A stretch of DNA of 35,282 nt from Cytophagales bacterium (GTDB lineage Bacteria; Bacteroidota; Bacteroidia; Cytophagales; 172606-1), in NCBI GenBank assembly GCA_025455595.1, contig JALOMD010000001.1, positions 1-35,282 of the forward strand, given 5' to 3'. Below the pieces are notes generated by a model that worked only from the letters and a program-made list of their open reading frames with translations, was not told where the DNA came from and searched no databases. Below, in pieces: positions 28,073 through 35,282 of the stretch (positions within the stretch are counted from its first letter, which is position 1; each line of letters begins with the position of its first letter). The position numbers and the translations under genes were made by a program.

Positions 28073-28591
28073 ATGGCTCAAATAAACAAACCTATTGTTA
28101 GGACTGGCGAACAAGACCTGAAAGAGCGGGTAGTTGCCATCAAGCGAGTGGCCAAAGTGGTAAAAGGCGGCCGCCGATTTAGTTTCTCTGCTATAGTAGT
28201 TGTGGGCGATGGACACGGAGTAGTTGGATACGGCTTGGGCAAGGCTAACGAAGTGACCGATGCGATAACCAAAGGTGTGGAAGACGCGAAGAAAAACTTG
28301 ATTAAAATCCCAATGTTGAAAGCCACTGTGCCCCACGAAATGCATGGCAAATACAGTGGAGGGTATGTTTTTTTAAAACCGGCTGCGGCTGGTACCGGTG
28401 TAATTGCCGGTGGTGCTATGCGCGCTGTGTTGGAAAGTGCAGGCATTAAGGATGTGCTTGCGAAATCAAAAGGCTCCTCTAACCCGCACAACGTGGTAAA
28501 AGCTACTTTCGACGCTCTATTACGAATGCGTGCCCCTCACCAAGTAGCAGCCCAAAGGAGAGTTCCTCTTGCGAAAGTATTTAACGGATAA
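28073..28591 (+). CDS. rpsE: 30S ribosomal protein S5
   Basis: [33 protein letters not shown]. Confidence 0.99.
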   Translation: MAQINKPIVRTGEQDLKERVVAIKRVAKVVKGGRRFSFSAIVVVGDGHGVVGYGLGKANEVTDAITKGVEDAKKNLIKIPMLKATVPHEMHGKYSGGYVFLKPAAAGTGVIAGGAMRAVLESAGIKDVLAKSKGSSNPHNVVKATFDALLRMRAPHQVAAQRRVPLAKVFNG

Positions 28592-28597
28592 GATTGT

Positions 28598-28777
28598 ATG
28601 GCAAAGGTTCAAATAACCCAAGTTAAAAGCACCATCAAACGCCCGAAGGAGCAGAAACGTACTATTGAGGCGTTGGGGCTGGGCAAAATCAACCGCACAG
28701 TAGAAGTTGAGAAAACTCCTCAAATTGCCGGTATGATAAACAAGGTAAGTCATTTGGTTAGCGTAAAAGAGCTGTAA
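28598..28777 (+). CDS. rpmD: 50S ribosomal protein L30 (absent from the ORF track)
   Basis: Manual translation: [59 protein letters not shown]. Confidence 0.97.
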   Translation: MAKVQITQVKSTIKRPKEQKRTIEALGLGKINRTVEVEKTPQIAGMINKVSHLVSVKEL

Positions 28778-28778
28778 T

Positions 28779-29225
28779 ATGAATTTACATAACCTGAAAC
28801 CGGCCGCTGGCTCGGTGAAAGAACGTAAAAGAATCGGTCGTGGCACTGGCTCAGGAATGGGTGGTACTTCTACTCGCGGTCACAAGGGTGCAGGCTCCCG
28901 TTCAGGCTATAGTGCCAAGCGTGGCTTCGAGGGTGGCCAAATGCCGCTTCAGCGTCGCATTCCCAAATTCGGCTTCAAGCCGATTAATCGTGTGGAGTTC
29001 AAGCCAATTAACTTGGATGTAATCCAGCAGTTGGTCGAAACTTACAAGGTAAGCGTAGTGGACATTGAGTTTTTGAAGCAGCACGGTCTGGTTTCTAAAA
29101 ACGACCGGGTGAAAGTGCTGGGGAGAGGAGAAATATCAACGGTGGCTGAGGTGAAAGCACATGCATTTTCTGCCTCGGCGATTGCAGCCATTGAGAAAGC
29201 TGGTGGTAAGGCTACTGTTCTGTAA
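28779..29225 (+). CDS. rplO: 50S ribosomal protein L15
   Basis: RIGRGTGSG, GFEGGQMPLQRRIPKFGF. Confidence 0.99.
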   Translation: MNLHNLKPAAGSVKERKRIGRGTGSGMGGTSTRGHKGAGSRSGYSAKRGFEGGQMPLQRRIPKFGFKPINRVEFKPINLDVIQQLVETYKVSVVDIEFLKQHGLVSKNDRVKVLGRGEISTVAEVKAHAFSASAIAAIEKAGGKATVL

Positions 29226-29228
29226 GTT

Positions 29229-30554
29229 ATGAAAAAGATTATTCAAACAATCAAGAACATCTTCTCCATCGAAGATCTTAGAACGCGCATCATCAATACC
29301 ATGCTGCTTCTACTGATTTTCCGACTGGGTGCTTATATCGTGCTGCCTGGCATAGATCCGACCAAATTGGATACTGCAAGCAGTGGCGGAGTTCTTGGCT
29401 TGTTGAATACCTTCTTGGGTGGCGCGTTTAGCAACGCATCCATCTTTGCGTTAGGCATCATGCCTTATATTACAGCGTCCATCATCGTGCAACTGCTTAC
29501 GGTGGCGGTTCCGTATTTCCAGAAAATGCAGAAGGAGGGTGAATCCGGCCGACAAAAAATAAACCGTATTACCCGTATTCTGACAATTCTGGTAACCCTT
29601 CCGCAGTCATACACTTACTTAGTGGGAACCATCGCCGACGATGCGATTCTTCCGGGTGTGGGTCGTGGTGCTTTTACATTAAGTGCAATGATTATCCTGA
29701 CCACTGGTACAATGTTCTGCATGTGGTTGGGTGAACGCATTACCGAAAAGGGCATAGGGAACGGTACTTCAATGCTTATCATGATTGGCATTATTTCCCG
29801 TTTGCCGGGTGCGTTGGTTGGCGAATTCGCATCAAGGGGTGTTGACGGCATCTTGTTCTTTATTTTGGAGATGATTGCCTTGTTCTTCATCGTCGTTGGT
29901 GTGGTGATGGTGTTGCAAGCTACGCGTCGAATCCCCATTCAGTATGCGAAACAAGTGGTTGGGAACCGAGTTTACGGAGGGCAGCGACAGTATTTGCCTT
30001 TGAAATTGACAGCAGCAGGTGTTATGCCAATTATCTTCGCCCAGTCTTTGATGTTTTTACCGGGACTTTTAGTGCCATATCTGGCTGAGAAAAACGAGAC
30101 TGCCGGTTCTATCGCACAGGCTTTCTCAGATTTTACTAACCCGGCGTATAACATATTGTTTGCGTTGCTTATCATTTTGTTCAGCTTTTTTTACACTGCG
30201 ATTACCGTCAACCCGACCCAAATCGCTGATGAGATGAAAAGAAACGGTGGTTTTATTCCTGGTGTGAAACCCGGAGTGCCCACTGCCTATTACATAGATA
30301 CAATTCTTTCGAGAATAACATTACCGGGTGCGATTTTCTTGGCTCTGCTTGCTGTTTTGCCTGCAATTGCGAGCTTGTTTGGCATCACCTCCGAACTGGC
30401 AGGCTTTTACGGGGGCACCTCACTGCTCATTATGGTTGGTGTCATTCTTGACACCCTACAGCAAATCGAAAGCTACCTGCTAATGCGTCACTACGAAGGA
30501 TTGATGAAATCCGGGCGGGTAAAAGGGCGTTCTGAAAGTGTCGCCACTGTTTAA
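29229..30554 (+). CDS. secY: Preprotein translocase subunit SecY
   Basis: SIFALGIMPYITASII, GIGNGTS, GGFIPGVKPG, GGTSLLI. Confidence 0.99.
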   Translation: MKKIIQTIKNIFSIEDLRTRIINTMLLLLIFRLGAYIVLPGIDPTKLDTASSGGVLGLLNTFLGGAFSNASIFALGIMPYITASIIVQLLTVAVPYFQKMQKEGESGRQKINRITRILTILVTLPQSYTYLVGTIADDAILPGVGRGAFTLSAMIILTTGTMFCMWLGERITEKGIGNGTSMLIMIGIISRLPGALVGEFASRGVDGILFFILEMIALFFIVVGVVMVLQATRRIPIQYAKQVVGNRVYGGQRQYLPLKLTAAGVMPIIFAQSLMFLPGLLVPYLAEKNETAGSIAQAFSDFTNPAYNILFALLIILFSFFYTAITVNPTQIADEMKRNGGFIPGVKPGVPTAYYIDTILSRITLPGAIFLALLAVLPAIASLFGITSELAGFYGGTSLLIMVGVILDTLQQIESYLLMRHYEGLMKSGRVKGRSESVATV

Positions 30555-30567
30555 GATAGGACGTGTT

Positions 30568-31377
30568 TTGAAAAAGAAGGCATTTTATCTGAAAACAAAA
30601 GAAGAGATAGAGTTAATCCGCACCAGTGGAGACCTATTGGGCAAAGCACATGCAGAGGTAGCGAAGCTGGTTGAACCGGGCGTTACTACTGCACGCCTCA
30701 ACGCCAAAGCAGAAGAATACATACAAGACCACGGCGGTTGGCCTTCTTTCAAAAATTTCAACGGTTTTCCGGCCGGGCTATGCGTTTCGGTAAACGAAAA
30801 AGTCGTGCATGGCATACCGGGAGCCTACGAGTTACGAGAAGGCGATATTATTTCGGTGGATTGTGGCGTACTGCTCAATGGTTTTCACAGTGACAGTGCT
30901 TATACATACGCGGTTGGAGAAGTTGTGCCGAGAGTACGTGAACTGTTAGAGGTCACCAAGAAGTCGTTGGAAATAGCAATAGATTCCGTGACATCGGGAA
31001 TGAGAATTGGGGACATCGGCTTTGCCATCCAACAATACGTGAGCAAGTTTGGATTTTCTATCGTGCGGGAATTAGTAGGACATGGGGTTGGAAAACACCT
31101 CCATGAAGAACCGGAAGTCCCCAATTACGGTAAACGCGGACAAGGTGTACGGCTGCAAGAAGGCATGGTGCTGGCAATTGAACCAATGATTAATCTTGGT
31201 TCTCGCAATGTGGTGCAGGAGCGAGACAATTGGACAATCCGTACCTCAGATCGGAAACCGTCCGCCCACTTTGAACATACGGTGGCACTAAACAACGGCA
31301 AGGCGGATGTACTGACCACCTTTGCTTACATCGAAGAAGTACTAAACGTCAAATATGGCAAAACAATCGTCCATTGA
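30568..31377 (+). CDS. map: Methionine aminopeptidase type I
   Basis: VVHGIP, DCGV..GFHSDSA, GHGVG..LHEEP, AIEPM, SAHFEHT; probable TTG start at 30568 (uncertain); 3' end overlaps infA. Confidence 0.96.
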   Translation: MKKKAFYLKTKEEIELIRTSGDLLGKAHAEVAKLVEPGVTTARLNAKAEEYIQDHGGWPSFKNFNGFPAGLCVSVNEKVVHGIPGAYELREGDIISVDCGVLLNGFHSDSAYTYAVGEVVPRVRELLEVTKKSLEIAIDSVTSGMRIGDIGFAIQQYVSKFGFSIVRELVGHGVGKHLHEEPEVPNYGKRGQGVRLQEGMVLAIEPMINLGSRNVVQERDNWTIRTSDRKPSAHFEHTVALNNGKADVLTTFAYIEEVLNVKYGKTIVH

Positions 31378-31573
31378 GCAAGACGGTACCATTGTCGAGG
31401 CACTATCAAACGCTATGTTTCGTGTCGAATTACAGAATGGTCACCAACTGATAGCTCATATATCCGGCAAGATGCGTATGAATTACATCAAGATATTGCC
31501 GGGCGACCGTGTAAAAATAGAAATGTCACCTTATGATTTGTCAAAAGGCCGTATCGTGTATCGTTACAAGTAA
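31355..31573 (+). CDS. infA: Translation initiation factor IF-1
   Basis: [30 protein letters not shown]. Confidence 0.99.
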   Translation: MAKQSSIEQDGTIVEALSNAMFRVELQNGHQLIAHISGKMRMNYIKILPGDRVKIEMSPYDLSKGRIVYRYK

Positions 31574-31605
31574 AGCAAGAACAATAGTATAAACACATCC
31601 ATACG

Positions 31606-31722
31606 ATGAAAGTCAAGGCATCCATCAAGAAGCGTAGTGTCGACTGCAAAGTTATCCGTCGGAAGGGTAAGCTTTATGTAATCAACAAGAAAAATCCGAA
31701 GTTCAAACAAAGACAAGGTTAA
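31606..31722 (+). CDS. rpmJ: 50S ribosomal protein L36 (zinc-ribbon-less type; absent from the ORF track)
   Basis: Manual translation: [38 protein letters not shown]. Confidence 0.97.
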   Translation: MKVKASIKKRSVDCKVIRRKGKLYVINKKNPKFKQRQG

Positions 31723-31728
31723 TTGATT

Positions 31729-32106
31729 ATGGCACGTATCGCAGGAGTAGATATTCCAGACAAAAAACGCGGTGAAATCGCGTTGACTTACATTTTCGGC
31801 ATTGGTCGTCGCACAGCCCAGAAGATCCTATCCAAGGCAAACATCAATTGGGACAAGAAAGTGAACCAATGGTCTGACGATGAGGCCAATGCCATTCGTA
31901 ACATCATTAGTTCGGAATACAAGGTTGAAGGTGCGCTGAAATCAGAAGTGCAGTTGAGCATCAAACGCCTTATGGACATTGGTTGTTACCGTGGCCTGCG
32001 TCACCGCAAAGGTCTGCCGGTTCGTGGCCAAAGCACCAAGAACAATGCCCGCACGCGCAAAGGCAAACGCAAGACAGTTGCGAATAAAAAGAAAGCTACC
32101 AAGTAA
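31729..32106 (+). CDS. rpsM: 30S ribosomal protein S13
   Basis: [25 protein letters not shown]. Confidence 0.99.
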   Translation: MARIAGVDIPDKKRGEIALTYIFGIGRRTAQKILSKANINWDKKVNQWSDDEANAIRNIISSEYKVEGALKSEVQLSIKRLMDIGCYRGLRHRKGLPVRGQSTKNNARTRKGKRKTVANKKKATK

Positions 32107-32175
32107 TCGAATCATTTAGGATAATGGTTGGCAAAATGTCACAGTTTCGCCAACCACCAAACAATCACTAAGACA

Positions 32176-32574
32176 ATGGCGCAAGCTACCAAAAGAAAAG
32201 ACAAAGCCAAGAAACGCGTGGTGGTCGTGGATCCGGTAGGACAGGTACACATCAAGGCTTCGTTCAACAATATCATTGTGTCTATCACCAATGCCAGCGG
32301 CCAAGTCATCTCTTGGGCTTCGGCTGGTAAAATGGGTTTCAAAGGCTCAAAGAAAAATACGCCTTACGCTGCTCAAATGGCTGCATCAAACTGTGCGCAA
32401 ACCGCCTTTGAACTGGGAATGCGTAAAGCCGAGGTTTTTGTGAAGGGCCCCGGAGCCGGTCGTGAATCAGCCATCCGTACCATTCAAAACGCAGGCATTG
32501 AAGTAACTGCCATCCGGGATGTGACTCCGTTGCCACACAACGGATGCCGCCCTCCGAAACGCAGGCGGGTGTAA
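32176..32574 (+). CDS. rpsK: 30S ribosomal protein S11
   Basis: [35 protein letters not shown]. Confidence 0.99.
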   Translation: MAQATKRKDKAKKRVVVVDPVGQVHIKASFNNIIVSITNASGQVISWASAGKMGFKGSKKNTPYAAQMAASNCAQTAFELGMRKAEVFVKGPGAGRESAIRTIQNAGIEVTAIRDVTPLPHNGCRPPKRRRV

Positions 32575-32667
32575 TCCATTTTGTTTTTACAACCAGAACG
32601 CCGGACGGTTCGCCGCCGGTTGTTCCGTTTTGCAAACATCACTAAAGAAATAGTATTCTCAGTTACA

Positions 32668-33273
32668 ATGGCAAGATACACTGGTCCTAAAGCGAAAATC
32701 TCGCGCAAGTTTAACGAGGCTATCTTGGGCGGAAGCAAGACTTTGGCAAAGAAAAGCTATCCGCCTGGCCAACACGGCAAGGGACGCAAACGGAAACAAT
32801 CCGAATACGCAGTACAGTTGCAAGAAAAGCAAAAGGCGAAATACACCTACGGTGTACTGGAACGGCAGTTTGCCAACACGTTTCAGAAAGCCGCCCGCTT
32901 GCAAGGAATTACCGGTGAAAACCTGCTGCGCCTACTTGAAGCACGGTTGGACAACACGGTGTATCGCTTGGGCATTGCACCCAGCCGTCGGGCTGCTCGG
33001 CAACTTGTGGTACACAAGCACGTGACTGTCAACGGAAACGTGGTGAACATTCCGTCCTATTCGCTTCGCCCTGGCGATGTGATCGGCGTACGTGAAAAAT
33101 CAAAGTCGTTGGAAGCCATCACCGTTAGCCTGTCGGGGCGTAATGCCAAGCGTTTTACTTGGTTGGAGTGGGACACGAACGTAATGGCTGGAAAATTTGT
33201 TAGCTATCCCGACCGAGAACAGATTCCTGAAAACATCCAGGAACAACTCATCGTCGAACTCTACTCTAAGTAA
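32668..33273 (+). CDS. rpsD: 30S ribosomal protein S4
   Basis: [35 protein letters not shown]. Confidence 0.99.
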   Translation: MARYTGPKAKISRKFNEAILGGSKTLAKKSYPPGQHGKGRKRKQSEYAVQLQEKQKAKYTYGVLERQFANTFQKAARLQGITGENLLRLLEARLDNTVYRLGIAPSRRAARQLVVHKHVTVNGNVVNIPSYSLRPGDVIGVREKSKSLEAITVSLSGRNAKRFTWLEWDTNVMAGKFVSYPDREQIPENIQEQLIVELYSK

Positions 33274-33329
33274 CCGTCTTGGTTTCTTCGACAGGGTTAT
33301 TCTCTAACAAAAGCAAATTTTTCCAACCT

Positions 33330-34319
33330 ATGTCAATTCTGTCTTTTCAAATGCCTGACAAAGTGGTGATGGAGAAGGCCGATGATTTTCACGGTCTCTT
33401 CGAATTCAAACCACTTGAAAAAGGCTACGGCACTACCATCGGTAATGCCTTGCGTCGCATTCTCTTGTCTTCATTGGAGGGGTATGCTGTTACGGCGGTA
33501 CGGATTCCCGGCGTGGAGCATGAATTTTCTTCAATCGAAGGCGTAGTAGAGGATGTGAGCGAAATCATCCTGAACCTGAAAATGGTTCGTTTCAAAAAAG
33601 TGTCTGACTTGGTTGATAACAAAATCACAGTCAATATCAAAAACAGCAAGCAGTTCACTGCCGGTCACATTGGAAAGTTCACGTCTGCGTTCCAAATCCT
33701 GAATCCCGACTTGGTGGTTTGCAACATGGATGAGTCGGTTAACTTGGAGGTGGAGTTGGTGATTGAGAGAGGAAGAGGTTATGTGCCCGCCGAAGAAAAC
33801 AAAGCCAACGACCAGCCGATAGGATTCATTTCAGTAGATGCTATTTTCACGCCAATCAAGAATGTGAAATACAGCATCGAAAACACGCGGGTGGAGCAAA
33901 AGACCGACTATGAGCGTCTGTTGATTGACATCCAGACCGACGGTTCAGTCCATCCCGAAGATGCACTGAAAGGTGCCGCCAAAATCTTGATTCAGCACTT
34001 CATGCTGTTCTCTGATCAAACAATGACGTTTGATACCATGAAGCCTGAAGAAGAAAACACGGTGGACGAGGAATACCTGCACATGCGCAAATTGCTCAAG
34101 ACACCACTGGCCGACTTGGATTTGTCTGTTCGTGCTTACAACTGCTTGAAATCGGCCGACGTACGTACGTTGGGTGACTTGGTTCGCCTTGACATTTCGG
34201 AAATGATGAAGTTCCGTAATTTCGGCAAGAAGTCGCTGACGGAGCTTGAGCAGCTGGTGTCTGACAAAGGTCTGACGTTTGGGATGGATGTAGCCAAGTA
34301 TAAACTCGAAGAAGATTGA
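33330..34319 (+). CDS. rpoA: DNA-directed RNA polymerase subunit alpha
   Basis: [38 protein letters not shown]. Confidence 0.99.
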   Translation: MSILSFQMPDKVVMEKADDFHGLFEFKPLEKGYGTTIGNALRRILLSSLEGYAVTAVRIPGVEHEFSSIEGVVEDVSEIILNLKMVRFKKVSDLVDNKITVNIKNSKQFTAGHIGKFTSAFQILNPDLVVCNMDESVNLEVELVIERGRGYVPAEENKANDQPIGFISVDAIFTPIKNVKYSIENTRVEQKTDYERLLIDIQTDGSVHPEDALKGAAKILIQHFMLFSDQTMTFDTMKPEEENTVDEEYLHMRKLLKTPLADLDLSVRAYNCLKSADVRTLGDLVRLDISEMMKFRNFGKKSLTELEQLVSDKGLTFGMDVAKYKLEED

Positions 34320-34404
34320 TGACCAAATAGACCGCCGTGAGGAGGACTTGCAAAGGAAACGCTGCCGCTACCGTCCGAACTTGGCGACGTAACAAACAAA
34401 AACA

Positions 34405-34935
34405 ATGAGACACGGAAAAAAAGATAACCACTTGGGCAGAACGGTGAACCACCGCCGGGCGTTGTTGTCCAACATGGCTTCGTCGCTGATTTTGCACAAA
34501 CGCATTGAGACCACCGTTGCCAAAGCCAAGGCTTTGCGCCGCTACGTGGAGCCATTGCTTACCAAAGCAAAAGAAGACACCACTCACTCACGGCGGGTTG
34601 TGTTTTCGCATCTGCAAAACAAGGAGTCGGTGAAAGCCTTGTTTGGTGATGTAGCCGAAAGGATTGCCGAACGCAACGGCGGTTATACGCGCATCATCAA
34701 ATTAGGGAACCGCCCCGGTGACAACGCTGACACTTGTTTGATTGAACTGGTGGACTTCAATGACACACTGCTGAAAGCCAAGTCGGAAGGCAAAGCCAAA
34801 ACGCGCCGCAGCCGTCGTGGTTCGGGCAAGGGCAAGGTGGAAGCACAAGCAACCGAAACCGTTGCCACTGCCGCTCCCGAAGTTGCAGACAACACACCGG
34901 ACGTAGCCGAAACCAACGAAGAAGAGAAAGCATAA
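34405..34935 (+). CDS. rplQ: 50S ribosomal protein L17 (C-terminal extension)
   Basis: [25 protein letters not shown]. Confidence 0.99.
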   Translation: MRHGKKDNHLGRTVNHRRALLSNMASSLILHKRIETTVAKAKALRRYVEPLLTKAKEDTTHSRRVVFSHLQNKESVKALFGDVAERIAERNGGYTRIIKLGNRPGDNADTCLIELVDFNDTLLKAKSEGKAKTRRSRRGSGKGKVEAQATETVATAAPEVADNTPDVAETNEEEKA

Positions 34936-34957
34936 TGCGAGTATTAGTGTTTAAGGG

Positions 34958-34991
34958 AAAAGGATTAGAAACCACTTCTAATCCTTTTTTT
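34958..34991 (+). terminator. Rho-independent terminator of the alpha operon
   Basis: AAAAGGATTAGAA-ACCAC-TTCTAATCCTTTT plus U-tract. Confidence 0.85.
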
Positions 34992-35002
34992 ATGTTCGTA
35001 CT

Positions 35003-35131
35003 GCAAAAATCGCCTAAAACGCAAGGCGGCACAGCCGCCCATATCATCCGTTTTAGGCAAAAATCGCCCAAAACGAATTGAAAAGGCGGCCATGCCGTCA
35101 AGCGTTTTGGGCGATTTTTGCCTAAAACGCT
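35003..35131. repeat. Cluster of family A REPs (half site, 35049-35075, 35101-35131)
   Basis: ATCGCCTAAAACGC; CGTTTTAGGCAAAAATCGCCCAAAACG; AGCGTTTTGGGCGATTTTTGCCTAAAACGCT. Confidence 0.82.
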
Positions 35132-35204
35132 GGCTTGCCAGCACTTTACTTCAACAGAATGCGTTCAGCAAAATAGTCCATTACCATTTTCATCCTAACC
35201 GAAC

Positions 35205-35282
35205 ATGAAATATCCGACTCGTACCGCCGCCTTGCTGATGCTCGAAGACGGCACTTTGTACCGGGGATTCGCCTTGGGTAAA
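35205..35282 (+). CDS. carA: Carbamoyl-phosphate synthase small subunit, N-terminal fragment (truncated by the window end)
   Basis: MKYPTRTAALLMLEDGTLYRGFALGK matches the CarA N-terminal AxLxLEDG..xG pattern; only 26 codons are visible. Confidence 0.75.
   Translation, partial: MKYPTRTAALLMLEDGTLYRGFALGK

Noticed and set aside
976-35131. REP A copies as a CRISPR array
   Set aside because: The copies are dispersed and degenerate, not regularly spaced with unique spacers, and there are no cas genes.

Overview
A 35 kb chromosomal window from a Bacteroidota bacterium, most likely Cytophagales-like. This is inferred from TAnnTTTG/TTTG promoters, the gene order rpsL-rpsG-fusA-rpsJ without tuf, secY-map-infA without adk, and rplQ followed by carA. 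The right 60% is core housekeeping: purK, purE, the complete str/S10/spc/alpha ribosomal superoperon and the start of carA. The left 13 kb is accessory. It holds (i) a nucleic-acid end-healing/sealing cluster made of an RNA_ligase-family nucleotidyltransferase, an Rnl2/REL-like ligase broken by one in-frame TGA, and an HD-Pnk phosphoesterase/kinase. About 150 nt upstream of this cluster is a ~200 nt multi-hairpin non-coding segment bracketed by duplicated repeats, which is the best candidate for an undescribed ncRNA-linked RNA repair system. It also holds (ii) a ~1.05 kb integrase-less mini-island at the 3' end of tRNA-Ala(GGC) carrying hicBA and an orphan ORF, and (iii) an SDR, an Ig-repeat secreted protein, an SPW membrane protein, an ADP-ribosylglycohydrolase lipoprotein and a DEAD-box helicase. 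Intergenic DNA is densely populated with a ~30 bp REP-like palindrome (GCGTTTTGGGCA-N5/6-TGCCCAAAACGC, about 20 copies by eye). These form composite REPIN/MITE-like hairpins, including inside the ribosomal operon. All family assignments come from motif recognition by eye; no searches were run.
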